The notes below the pieces were generated by a model, which worked only from the letters and a program-made list of their open reading frames with translations, was not told the DNA's origin and did no database searches. Shown one piece after another: positions 1 through 11,948 of a DNA stretch of 64,000 nt. Every line of letters starts with the position of its first letter. The first letter of the stretch is position 1. Both the position numbers and the translations under genes were made by a program. This DNA is from Malacoraja senta (lineage: Eukaryota), in assembly GCA_038087875.1 (NCBI GenBank), contig CM075997.1, positions 6,946,001 to 7,010,000 on the forward strand, in the 5' to 3' direction.

Positions 1-320
1 GACACATTATGTCTTATTCTTTCACTTTTATGCCGCAGAAAGTTATTCACTCATTTTACCCACTGCCTAATAAAATGAAAATAACAAATAGGATTCAGGG
101 TCAATTCCTGTGGATTGGAGGATAGCTAATGTTATCCCACTTTTCAAGAAAGGAGCGAGAGAGAAAACGGGGAATTACAGACCAGTTAGCCTGACTTCAG
201 TGGTGGGAATGATGCTGGAGTCAATTATTAAAGAGGTAATAATGGGGTATTTCGATAGCAGTAAAAGGATTAGTCCAAGTCAGCATAGATTTATGAAAGG
301 AAAATCACGCTTGACTAATC

Positions 321-513
321 CTAAAAAATGTGTTTCTTATTTTATTTTTGTGCTTTTGAAATTGAATTCTGTCCTTGATTTGTGTACTGTGGTATTTTTA
401 TATTTAATTTATTCCGATTATGTGTTTTGCATTTTTGTGATTCTATGACTTGTAAGGTGTCCTTGGGTTTTAGAAAGGCGCCAGTAAATAAAATGAATTA
501 TTATTATTATTAT
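321..513 (+). mobile_element. Short L2-type 3' end insertion with (TTA)n tail
   Basis: Ends TGTAAGGTGTCCTTGGG..GAAAGGCGCC..AAATAAAATG(ATT)n; TSD TAATC at 316-320 and 514-518; absent from the paralogous site near 39141 (GACTAATCTTCTGG). Confidence 0.75.
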
Positions 514-970
514 TAATCTTCTGGAATTTTTTGAGGATGTGACAAGCAAAATGGATGAAGGGGAGCCAGTGGATGTAGTATTTCTAGACTTTCAGAAAGC
601 CTTTGATAAGGTCCCGCATGGGAGACTGGTAACTAAAATTAGAGCACATGGTATTGTGGGTAGGGTGTTGACGTGGATAGAAAATTGGTTGGCAGACAGA
701 AAGTAAAGAGTAGGATTGAACGGGTCCTTTTCAGAATGGCAGGCAGTGGCGAGCGGAGTGCCGCAAGGCTCGGTGTTGGGGCCGCAACTGTTTATACCAT
801 ATATATGAATGAATTTGGAATAGGGAATTAGGAGCAACACTAGCAAGTTTGCGGATGACACAAAGCTGGGTGGCAGTGTGAACTACGAAGAGGATGTTAG
901 GAGGTTGCACGGTGACCTGGATAGGTTGAGTGAGTGGGCAGATGCGTGGCAGATGCAGTAAAATATAAAT

Positions 971-1829
971 ATTTTATGACGCGGGCGCCGTCCTGTATGG
1001 GTATGGCTGCCCAGACTGCAGCTGTCCGTTTTCACACTTTTTTTTGTTTTTAGTGAGTTTCAGTGTTTTGTTTTTGGAGATCTAGTCTTTTTATTTGGGG
1101 GGTGGGGGTGGGGCGAAGGGGGGAACTACTTTTCAGTGTCCCGACCTGGCCGGAGAGGCAGCTTTTCTCCGGGCTGCACTTTCGACCCGTCGTCGCGGCC
1201 TACCAGCGGGCCTGGAGCGGCGTTTTATGAGGGGACCGCCCCGAACCTCGGCCTCGGCGGCGGCACAGCGCTGGACCGCTGTCGCGGAGCGGGCGATGCC
1301 TTGCCCGGGTCGCCGCGCTGGAACTCCGGTGAGCTGAGACCGCCGAGAAAAAACATCGCTGATCTGCGGGACTATGGAGCGGCCAGCCGCGGGCGGCGGC
1401 GCTGAACTCTACATCCGGTGCCTGGGATCTCTCGCCGAGATCGCCAGTGGTGGAGCTCCATCCAGCGCGGCCTGTTGGCTTCGGAAGCCGCAGTATCCAG
1501 TAAGGAAGGGGCCGTTCCAGTTTTCACATGCCGCTGAGAGGATTCTCCCGACGCCGGAGCACCATCACCCGGCGAGAAAGGCCTGGAACGTCGAGCCTTC
1601 GTAAAGGCGATTGCGGAGGCAATAATAGGCCCGACAATGGGTGGACATGGGATGGGGACTGGACTTTGTGCCTTCACTCATAATGGGAGCCATTGTGGGG
1701 GATGTTTTTTTATGTTTAAATCTCTTTATTATTGTATTGTCTGTATTCTTTTTGTTATGTGCCGCATTGTCAATAAGCATTTCACAACACCTATGGTGTA
1801 TGTGACCAATAAATAACCATTGAACCTTT
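971..1829 (+). mobile_element. GC-rich non-coding non-autonomous retroelement (SINE-like) with a Rex1/RTE-like 3' end
   Basis: Interrupts the CR1 at MQYN|KCEV; ends TGTATGTGACCAATAAA plus a short repeat tail; paralog at 42421-43270. Confidence 0.6.
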
Positions 1830-2639
1830 TAATGTGAGGTTATGCACTTTGGTAGCAAAAACAAGGGGGCAGATTATGATCTAAATGGGGTTAGGTTAGG
1901 TAAGGGGAAGGTACAGTGAGACCTGGGTGTCCTTGTACACCAGTCACTGAAAGCTGGCGTGCAGGTACAGAAGGCAGTGAAGAAATCTCATGGAATGTTG
2001 CCTTCATAACAAGGGGATTTCAGTATAGGTTCTTCTGCTGTTCTATTGGGCTCTGGTAAGACCACATCTGGAGTATTGTGTACAGTTTTGGTCTCCTAAT
2101 TTGAGGAAGGACATCGTTGTGATTGAGGCAGTGCGGCATTGGTGCACGAGATTGATCCCTGGGATGGCGGGACTGTCATATGAGGAAAGATAGAAAAGAC
2201 TAGGCTTGTATTCACTGGAGTTTAGCAGGATGAGGGGGGATCTTATAGAAACATATAAAATTATAAAAGGACTGGACAAGCTAGATGCACGAAAAATGAT
2301 CCCAATGTTGGGCGAGTCCAGAACCAAGGGCCACACACTTAGAATAAACGTGAGGCGATTTAAGACTGAGGTGAGAAAAAACCTTTTCACCCAGAGAGTT
2401 GTGATTTTGTGGAATTCCCTGCCACAGATGGCAGCGGAGGCCAAATCACTGGATGGATTTGAGAGAGAGTTAGATAGAGCTGTAGGGGCTAGTGAGATCA
2501 AGGGATATGGGGAGAAGGCAGGCACGGGTTAGTGATTGGGGACTATCAGCCATGATCACAATGATTGGCGGTGCTGGCTCGAAGGACCGAATGGCCTCAT
2601 CCAGCACCTATTTTCTATGTTTCTATGTTTCTAAATAAG

Positions 2640-3095
2640 TCTGCACCCGCCAACGTTGGTAGAATAGCAACATGCAGTTACAGCTCTTATAGATGAGATT
2701 ATTTACTGATAATGTCACTGCTTATCCAGACCCATCTCTGTCTACACTGACGTCACACACATGTAATTTCTTTGAAACATACATTCCCAGGACATCTCAC
2801 ATAACAACCAGTTACCCAGTTCCGTCGCACACTGCTCAGATATATTTTCATCAGTGACACCATTGACAACATTTCCCTCGTGCTGAGCCACTGTAGATGA
2901 TTGGACATGTTTGCAGGTTACCTATCCATGGGTAACCATTGGACAGATCTGCTGTACTCATCACGTTAAAAAGTGTGATTAACCTGATTTGTCTTGATGT
3001 GAATCTGTTCACCGCTCCCAGCACAAAGATCCATGTAGAAGTGAGGAATATCTTACCACGCTAATTGTGCACTCAACATCCAGTTATAGAGTCGT
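2640..3095. repeat. Unclassified module M, copy 1
   Basis: Core GACATCTCACATAACAACCAGTTACCCAGTTCCGTCGCACACTGCTCAGATATATTTTCA recurs at ~5490, ~25214, ~44236 and ~46708. Confidence 0.8.
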
Positions 3096-3407
3096 AGAGT
3101 CTTACAAGGTGGAAGCGGGCTCGTTGGCCAGCTTACCCACACGTGCCTTCCATCGGCCCATAGTCTTCAAAACATGGCCAATCCATGTACCTACCTACAT
3201 GTTCCTTAAACTTTGCGATAGTAGCGGCCTCAACTACCTCCTTTAGCAGCTCGTTCTACACACCCATTACACTTGGTGTGAAAAAGATACCGCTCAGCCT
3301 TCTATTCAATCTCCCCCCCTCATCTTGAACTAATGTCCCTGGTTCTTGATACCCCAACTCTGTGCGTCTATCCGATCTATTACTCTCAGAATTTTGGTCA
3401 CATTAAA

Positions 3408-4039
3408 AGCACGGCCTTTATAAATCAGAGCATTGAGTATAGAAGTTGGGATGTAATGTTAAAATTGTACAAGGCCTTGGTGAGGCCAATTCTGGAATAT
3501 GGAGTACAATTTTGGTCGCTTAATTATAGGAAGGATTTCAACAAAATAGAGAGAGTACAGAGCAGATTTACGAGAATGTTGCCTGGGTTTCAGCAACCAA
3601 ATTACAGAGAAAGGCTGAACAAGTTAGGTCTTTATTCTTTGGAGCGCAGAATGTTAAGGGGGGACTTGATAGAGGTCTTTAAAATGATGAGAGGGATAGA
3701 CAGAGTTGACGTGGATAAACTTTTCCCATTGAGAGTAGGGAAGATTCAAACAAGAGGACATGACTTGAGAATTAGGGGACACAAGTTTAGGGGTAACATT
3801 AGGGGGAACGTCTTTACTCAGAGAGTGGTAGCTGTGTGGAATGAGCTTCCAGTCGAAGTGGTGGAGGCAGGTTCGATTTTATCATTTAAAAATAAATTGG
3901 ATGGGTATATGGACGAGAAAGGAATGTAGGGTTATGGTCTGAGTGCAGGTAGATGGTACTAGGGGAGAAAAAGAGCGGCATGGACTTGAATGGCCGAGAT
4001 GGCCTGTATCCATGCTGTAATTGTTATATGGTTATATGG
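3408..4039 (+). mobile_element. CR1-clade LINE 3' fragment (second family, (TATATGGT)n tail)
   Basis: ORF 3333..3929 carries LYKALVRPILEYGVQFW..RGDLIEVFK; TSD TTAAA at 3403-3407 and 4040-4044; absent from the paralog near 44845. Confidence 0.88.
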
Positions 4040-4221
4040 TTAAAGATCATCCCTCATCCTCCTGCACACCAAGGAATAATGTAATATCCAGCTCAATCTC
4101 TCCCTCGAGATCACGGCCTCCAGTTCTGGCAACAACCTCATAAATCTTCTTAATGCCCTTTCCATCTGGACACCATTTTTCCAATGTGCCCACATTTCCA
4201 ATGTGTCCAAAGTCACTACGA

Positions 4222-5380
4222 GCACTTACAAACAACTTAAGGGGTTAGACAGGCTAGATGCAAGAAAATTGTTCCCGATGTTGGGGAAGTCCAGAACAAC
4301 GGGTCACAATTTAAGGATAAGAGGGAAGTATTTTTGGACCGAGATGAGAAAAAAAAATGTTGACACAGAGAGTGGTGAATCTTTGGAATTCTCTGCCACA
4401 GAAAGTAGTTGAGGCCAGTTCATTGGCTATATTTAAGATCCAATCCAATCCAATCCAACTTTATTTGTTAAGCACTTTAAAACAACCAATGTTGACCAAA
4501 GTGCTGTACAGAAGACTAAAAAAGACATCATAAACAGACAACAAAACAGAACATAACATAACAGCTCACATGAGACGCAACAATTACATATGAAATACAA
4601 CAATAAATTAAAAGACATAAAACATGAGTAAAAATAATAGCCACGCAATAAAAGCAATCACAAAAGAAATTAAATCAAGTAAATAAAGTCAACATCTTAC
4701 TGGGTATCAAAGGCCACGGAGAAGAGATGGGTTTTAAGAAGTGATTTAAAAACAGACTGAGAAGAGGCCTGTTTAATGTGGAGAGGCAGATCGTTCCATA
4801 ATTTGGGTGCCGACACAGCAAAGGCACGGTCCCCTCTGAGCTTCAGCTTAGTTTTAGGCCCACTCAGGAGCAGCTGATTATCTGACCTAAGAGAGCGGGC
4901 GGGTGTATACGGGTGTAGAAGCTCAGATAGGTAGGGCGGGGCAAGACCACTCAGGGATTTAAAAGCAAATAAAAGAATTTTAAAATGGATCCTAAACTGA
5001 ATAGGCAACCAGTGGAGTGAGGCTAAAATGTGCGAAATGTGCTCATGTTTACGTGTGCCAGTTAAAAGACGTACTGCTGCATTCTGTACCATCTGGAGAC
5101 GGGCGATGGAGGACCCACTAACCCCTACATACAGTGCATTGAAGTAATCCAGCCGAGTGGTAACAAAGGCGTGGATTACCGTCTCAAAGTGCTGCCTTGA
5201 CAGAATTGGCTTTGATGGAGTTAGATGTGGCCCTTGTGGCTAAAGGGATCAGTGGGTATGGAGAGAAGGCAGGTACAGGATACCGAGTTGGATGATCAGC
5301 CATGATCATATTGAATGGCGGTGCAGGCTCGATGGGCCGAATGGCCTACTCCTGCACCTATTTTCTATGTTTCTATGTTT
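4222..5380 (+). mobile_element. CR1 3'-end fragment split by an L2 insertion
   Basis: KGLDRLDARKLFPMLGKSRT; tail TTTTCTATGTTTCTATGTTT; contiguous in the paralog at ~45030-45395. Confidence 0.8.
4440..5213 (-). mobile_element. L2-clade LINE 3' fragment
   Basis: ORF 4697..5092 QNAAVRLLT..LASLHWLPIQFRIHFKILL..LRGDRAFAVSAPKLWNDLP is the L2 ORF2 C-terminus; (GGATT)n tail; absent from the paralog near 45230. Confidence 0.9.
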
Positions 5381-5489
5381 CGATGTTCAACTTATCTACC
5401 TGTGATGCTACTTTCACTCAATGTGTACCTGTCATCCTAGATCCCTCTGCTCTACAGTTAATTCACCTTTGGTCTACAACAATTACCAC

Positions 5490-5745
5490 GACATCTCACG
5501 TAACAACCAGTTCCCAGTTCCGTCGCACACTGCTCAGATATATTTTCAAAAGTGACACCAATGACAACATTTGCCTCATGCTGCCCACTGTAGATGAATG
5601 GACATATTTGCTGTACCAAGAATTGAATGTTGAAAGTGTGTTGCAACGGGTGTGTCTTGATGTGAATCTGTTCTCTAATCCCATGGACAATTCAGGAATA
5701 TCTTAACGTGCTTATTGTGTAAACAACCTCCAGTTATAGTGTCGT
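5490..5745. repeat. Module M, copy 2 (partial, more diverged)
   Basis: GACATCTCACGTAACAACCAGTTCCCAGTTCCGTCGCACACTGCTCAGATATATTTTCA..CCAGTTATAG. Confidence 0.75.
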
Positions 5746-5984
5746 ATAACGCCCAACTTGCCCACACCGGCGTTGGGTGTTGTGATAGTTCTTCGAGTCC
5801 ACACACAAGATTAGTTGTTCAGAGCTGAACACACTTCTCGGCATCTGCATGCAATGATGTCTGTCTTGCGCTTCTTGTGCTTCTTGTGTGTGGTGGTGGA
5901 AAGATTGACGAAAATAGCGCCGCGACGTCAACGCTCTTTCCTTATCCCCCCTACACTGTGCATTTACTTGAACTATTTCTCTCG

Positions 5985-6345
5985 TGACTTTGGTCACCTC
6001 TAAAAGATCATTCTTCATCCTCCTACGCACCAAGGTATAAAGTATTAGCCTGATGAATCTCTCCGTCTAGTTTAGGCCCTCTATTCTTGGCAACATCCTC
6101 GTGAATCTTCTCTACGCCCTTTCCAGCTTGACACAGATCTTCTGATACCATGGTGCCCCAAATTGAACCCAATACTCTAAATGCGGCCACAACAACGTCT
6201 TATACATCTGCAACATGACCTCCCAACCTCTATACTCAATGTTCTGGAAGATGAAGGCCAATGTGCCAAAAGCCTTTTTGACCAACCTATCTACATGTGT
6301 GCTACTTTCAACGCACTATGTACCTGTCGTCCAAGATCCCTCACC
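5985..6345 (-). mobile_element. Old CR1 ORF2 fragment
   Basis: Paralog 47492..47692 translates KKAFGTLAFI..YKTLLWPHLEYWVQF. Confidence 0.7.
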
Positions 6346-7089
6346 AGTTAACTCACCTTTTTGCCTCGGACCCAGCTCATCGGCACTGACATCTCCGAAC
6401 CCACTGATCATTTCACTTCCCATCTGCGTCTGATTCTGAACGCACTTGCACTACAGCTGAACATCCATATAAATACAAATCAAGACTTAACTGCTCCTCC
6501 AAGTGCAGGGCTCTCCTCAGTTGTGCTTCAAATATCTGCGAGGCCGTATTGTGTAGTTGTGCTCACCATATTATAGAAATGATGTCCTATTGCCAGGAAC
6601 AGTGCGCCAGGATGTTATCTGGGATGTCTGGCGTTAGTTAGAAGACAGATTCAATCGGGTTTGATTGGTCTCATTGGAGCGAGAATGCAGAGGGGCGACA
6701 TTACTGAGGCTTGTAAATTTATGTAAACTACAGCAGGATTGAGTAGATGGTCACAATTATTTCCCAGGTTGGGGAAATCTAAACCTAGAGAATTTAAGTT
6801 TAATCGAAGGGGAACGATTTAAGGGAATTCTGATGGGCAGATATTCCACCCCAAATGTCCAGGTCCATAGCTCCCTGAATGTAATAACAGCAGTAGATAT
6901 TGATAAAGATGCATATGGTACAATTCCCTTCATTGGGCAAGGAATGGCTGTGTGTCTCAGGAATTGGTGCTGGGTTCATTGGTGTTTGTCGTCTATAGCA
7001 ATGAGTTGCATGAGACTGTACAAGGACTCCGTTTTAAGTTTGTTGTTGAAACTAAAGTAGGTGGTATCACAGGCAGTGAAAGTAGTTAT

Positions 7090-7392
7090 CAATAGATAGA
7101 CAATAGTCAATGGACAATAGGTGCAGGAGTAGGCCATTCGGCCCTTCAAGCCAGCACCGCCATTCACTGTGAACATGGCTGATCATCCACACTCAGAACT
7201 CCATTCCTGACTCTACCCCATATCCCTTGACTCCGCTATATTTAAGAGCTCTATCCAACTTTCTCTTGAAAGCATACAGAGAATTGCCTCCACTGCCTTC
7301 TGAGGCAGAGAGTTCCACACTTTCATAAACCTCTGTGTGAAAAAGTTGTTCCTCAATTCTGTTCTAAGTGGCTTACCCCTCATTCTTTAAAT
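7090..7392 (-). mobile_element. CR1 3'-end fragment with (CAATAGA)n-type tail
   Basis: GGTGCAGGAGTAGGCCATTCGGCCC 3' motif shared with the other CR1 copies; paralog ~49655-49955. Confidence 0.75.
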
Positions 7393-8280
7393 TAAAGTAG
7401 GAACTTTTCAACTTGGAAAGTGGGCTGCGAAATAGCAAATCGCGTTTCTTTCAGATAGTGTGAGGTTTTACTTTTGGTAAGTCAAACCAGGGCATGATCT
7501 TCACCGTGAATGGTAGGTACCTGTGGGGTGTTGTAGAGGAGAGGGATCCAGGAGTAAAAGTACATCGTTGCAAGAAAACGGAAGTACAGGGAGATAGGGT
7601 GGTGAAGATGTTTTTTTTTGGCCGCACTGTTTTCATCAGTCAGCGAATAAGATGTAGAAGTTGGAAAGTTCAGTTCTGTTGGACAAGACGTTGGTGGGGA
7701 TGCTCTTGGAGTAATGTGTTTATTTCCGTCACCATGATTAGGAAATATACAACTAGTTTTTGAAGAGTGCAGAAAATGTTTTCCAGAGATCCGGTGGCGC
7801 CATGGAGCAGTAAGGGCGCAGCATTGAGCTCCGCTACCGCTAACATCATGAAAAAGACGTTTTGGAAGAAGGGACCGATTAAAAAATAGTCACCGGAGCG
7901 GTTTCACGTCGCGTAAGTGACGTCATCAGAAATCGCCGCGAAATAACGGAGATAAACGACAGTTTTAAATGAGAAAGAGGAATTTTCCTCAGAGACCTAC
8001 GAGACCTGCAAGACCTGCTACAAGATTCCATCTGAAAGAACTTGGCAAAACTCTGCAAACACCAACAGAAAGCTCGGAAGAAGATGATGATTTTCAAAGA
8101 CTACCTGCTGAAATGGCTTCAAAGGAGAGACATATGGAGCAATTGGAACAATCGGTAAGAACTTCAATTACCACAGACATATAAAATGATACAAGACGGG
8201 AACACCGCACTGGAGAAAAATCTGTCTAAAAAATTAAACACGGTAATGAGGAAGTGATTGAGCAAATAGCTAATCTAAGG

Positions 8281-8697
8281 ACTTTAAGAAGGAACTGCAG
8301 ATGCTGGAAAATCGAAGGTACACAAAAATGCTGGAGAAACTCAGCGGGTGCAGCAACCTCTATGGAGCGAAGGAAATAGGCAATATTTCGGGCCGAATCG
8401 CTTCTTCAGACTGATCCATAGAGTTGAAGGGAAGGTGGGGGGGGGGGGGTCACAGAGGGTGGCAGTTCGAGAGGAGTTTGTGAAACTGTCTCCAGAGAGT
8501 AGAGGAGAACTTCTTCAAAGTAGGCATACCTTGAGGAGATTTCGCAGTGGAGTAGACAAAGTGTTTAAGAAGGAACTGCAGATGCTGGAAAATGGAAGGT
8601 ACATACAAATGCTGCAGAAACTCAGCGGGTGCAGCAGCATCTATGAAGCGAAGGAAATAGGCAACGTTTCGGGCCGAAAACCTTCTTCACGCTGATG
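8281..8697 (-). mobile_element. Penelope-like (PLE)-derived short element: two ~130-bp direct repeats with hammerhead-like cores
   Basis: Repeats ~8283-8414 and ~8562-8695; minus strand reads CTGAAGAAGCGATTCGGCCCGAAATATTG and GTGAAGAAGGTTTTCGGCCCGAAACGTTG; splits L1-X ORF1 at ANLR|KRVEE, flanked by AAGG. Confidence 0.7.
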
Positions 8698-11600
8698 AAG
8701 GAAACGTGTTGAAGAAATTGAGGAGGATTTAAATACAGAAATCAAGTGGGTTGAAAAACACTATGACGAGAAGTTTGATTCCATTCTCAATACTACTAAA
8801 CATACAACACGGTTATGGAAGAAATGGAAGAAATGGAAGCTGCGATGAGTGCTATGTCTAAGGAGATAAAGAGAATGAGAAAGGAGCAAGAATGTGCTGG
8901 GGGGCAACTTGCCAGAATGACGGATGTATACCTGGATTTGGAAGCAAGCTCTAGAAGCCAGAATTTAAGAATAGTTGGAGTAAAAGAGGGAAGGGAAGCT
9001 GGAACCTCCACCCCCACCCCCCCCCCCGGGAGTTGGCTGCCAACTTACTTAAAAAAGTATTTAAGCTGCCTGAAAACCCGAGAATAGACATGGCTCACCG
9101 GGTTCGACGAGCTCAAACAAGGGCAGGTGTCCCTCCAAGACAGATCATAGTGAAATTTCATGACATCTCTGCTCTGGAAGATATTATGAATCAGATCCCA
9201 TTTGGATGGAATTTGATGTTTGAAGAGGATAATCTAAGATTCTTCCATGACTATCCAACTGAAATTGCTAAAAAAGGGACAGGTTCACAAAGACGACGGA
9301 TTCTGAAAGGAGTCCCTAATGTAAGATAAGATTCAGCAAAAATGAGGATCACTTATAAGACTGATGAACGTGCCTTCATCGACCCATAAGAGGAATTTAA
9401 ATATGCACAATATATTGTAAAGAGGACCGACTGATTGTCAGGAGTTGGTCCCTTATAATATCACAGAGGAGAAGCGGCGAAGATAAGACTTTTTTAAAAA
9501 TAAAAGAATGCTCTCATGAAGATGGCGGAATCTTCCACGAGGCGATGGCTAGACATCTTATCTCCCGGGAATGTGAATTCAATGTCGAACTTTATTTTTC
9601 ACTCTTAATGAAGGATTTAAAAACAAAGCGGAGCCGGGGTACATGGAAAACAAAGCAGAGCCTGGGAACATGGAAAAATAATACAAATGGATTTGAATAC
9701 AAAAACTTATGATTTAAGAAACACCTTTTATAATCAAATACTAACACAAAATAATTAACTAACTGAACTAACTCAACAACTGTAATCTATTATTGTGTAA
9801 TACTGACTAATATAAATGTAACAATGACTAACTCCCCTGAGGGGGGAAAGGGGGGCTTATTCCACGATGCTAATTTACTACTAAGTTGAAGGATAATGAG
9901 CTAAATATATCGATATAGATTAACAACATACTAACAAACTAAAACGTATATTACAGATCTAGTCCAAGCTGTGCGCAAATGAGGGGGAGGAGACTCAGAT
10001 ACTTGGAAGTTATCCAAGAGTCTGACTCTGGTTAACCCCTTGGAACCTGCTGTTTTCTAATATTGCAGACTGGGACTTATTTGGGGAGTGAAATGTAATA
10101 AATGTCGATGCATAGGTATATATGGGTATATATCTAACATATGTACTTGTATATTTTAGTATATATTTAACGTTAGATTAGTTGAAGATGCATTTAGATA
10201 TTTAGGCTCGAATTGTTCTTTTTCTTATATATATCTCAGTTTTGAATCGTCCTTTCTTCCCTTTTAGAATATTTGGACAAGGGGGCGGAGCTGAATGTAA
10301 AACAACATCTACGGACGTTCATAAGAACTTATCTACCACCATTAGGTGTTTTTTTTAATAGTATCCTCAGATACTTTAATACCACTTTTTTAAAATTATG
10401 ATCTCTTCATCACTTCACACTTTTTTTGTCTTTTTCAAGGTTTACTTTGAAAAGGAGATGCCAACACAATTTAACAGTTGTGGATGACCACCTAACACCT
10501 AGAGGTCTGAGGTACTTGGTTGCACCATATGACTTAAGGGTATCAAAATGATTCATAATGCAAGACGATAAACAAAAGAAAACTGGAGGAATCACGTTTT
10601 GTAGCTGGAATATAAGGGGCGCTAATGAGCCAATTAAAAGGGGTAAGATTTTTGCCCAATTAAAATCACTCAAGTCTGACAATTTTGTTACAGGAAGCAC
10701 ATTTGAAACATCAAACACAGATAAGATTGAAGGCAAATTGGATCGGGCCAACATACTACTCTTCATTTACTTCTAAATCTACAGGCACGGCTATTATTAT
10801 TCGGAAAGGTATACCATTTAAATCAAAGAATATTATATCAGATAAAGAGGGGAGGTATCTTATAGTTACGGGAGAGAATCACTCTATCCCACTTACTATG
10901 ATAAACATTTATGCTCCAAACTTTGATAACCCTCAATTCTTTAATAAAATTCTGGATAATATTTCAGAGCTTAATTATCAAAACGTGATAATAGGGGGAG
11001 ATTTCAACTGTGTTCGAGATCCATATCTAGACAAATCTGCAAAACAAAAGAGGATTAACATAAAATCTAAAACTAGTGAACTCCTAAATACATATATAAA
11101 AAACACAAACATAACAGACGTATGGAGGATTTCTAACCTAGTTGGAAGGGAATACTCGTTTTATTCAACGGTACATAAAACTTATTCGCGTATCGACTAT
11201 TTTTAACTGGATATGAAATTAGTTCCGTACACAACTAGCTCTAAATATCATAATAGTATTGTTTCTGATCACTCCCCGTTAACTTTTTTCTTAAAACTAG
11301 AAGGAATGACTGATAAATACTCGTTCTGGAGGTTTAACCCCCAAATTGTAAACAACCCACAAGGTTGCACATATTTAAACCAGCAGATGAATATGTTCTT
11401 TGAGACCAATGACACACCTGGTATCTCACCCTCCTTATTATGGGAAGCTTTTAAGGCATTCATTAGAAGAGTTATAAATTCATATCAAGCTTTCCAAAAG
11501 AGAAAGAACAATACTGAACAATTGCAGCTAGAACAACATATTTGACAATTAGATGTACATAATGCCAAAGACACAACCATAGCAAACATAATAACATAAC

Positions 11601-11948
11601 AATATTGAAATTTAAATTAAATACAATTTTATCGGCAAGAGTAATAAGATTATTTCAAATTACAAAACAGCAAAATTTTGAATTCGGCGCTAAACCACAT
11701 AAACTTAGCACGTCAACTGAAAAAACGGGAAAGCGAAAATACAATTACGGAAATTAAATCAGATAAAGGTGAATTATTAACAATACCTAAAGACAACAAC
11801 AAAAGATTTTCTAAATTTTATCAACATTTATATACATCTAAAGCCTCAGCAGATAACACTAAAATCATAAATTTCTTAGACAATTGTAATCTCCCAAAAC
11901 TTAATCCGTTGGAACAAGAGGAATTAGGAGCTCAGATTACACTTAAAG

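Larger units (their letters stand above)
103..2633 (+). mobile_element. 5'-truncated, decayed CR1-clade LINE (ORF2 RT to 3' tail), interrupted by two insertions
   Basis: Fragments [41 protein letters not shown] and YSLEFSRMRGDLIETYKI; ends in a (TTTCTATG)n tail at ~2612-2633. Confidence 0.9.

Noticed and set aside
1095..1780. Overlapping ORFs in the GC-rich insert (also 42512-43304)
   Set aside because: Open in several frames because of GC content, not conserved between paralogs, no domain motifs
8348..8695. 115-aa ORF conserved at 25837..26184
   Set aside because: Conservation reflects the very recent duplication; it has a GTG start and is antisense to the non-coding PLE-derived repeat
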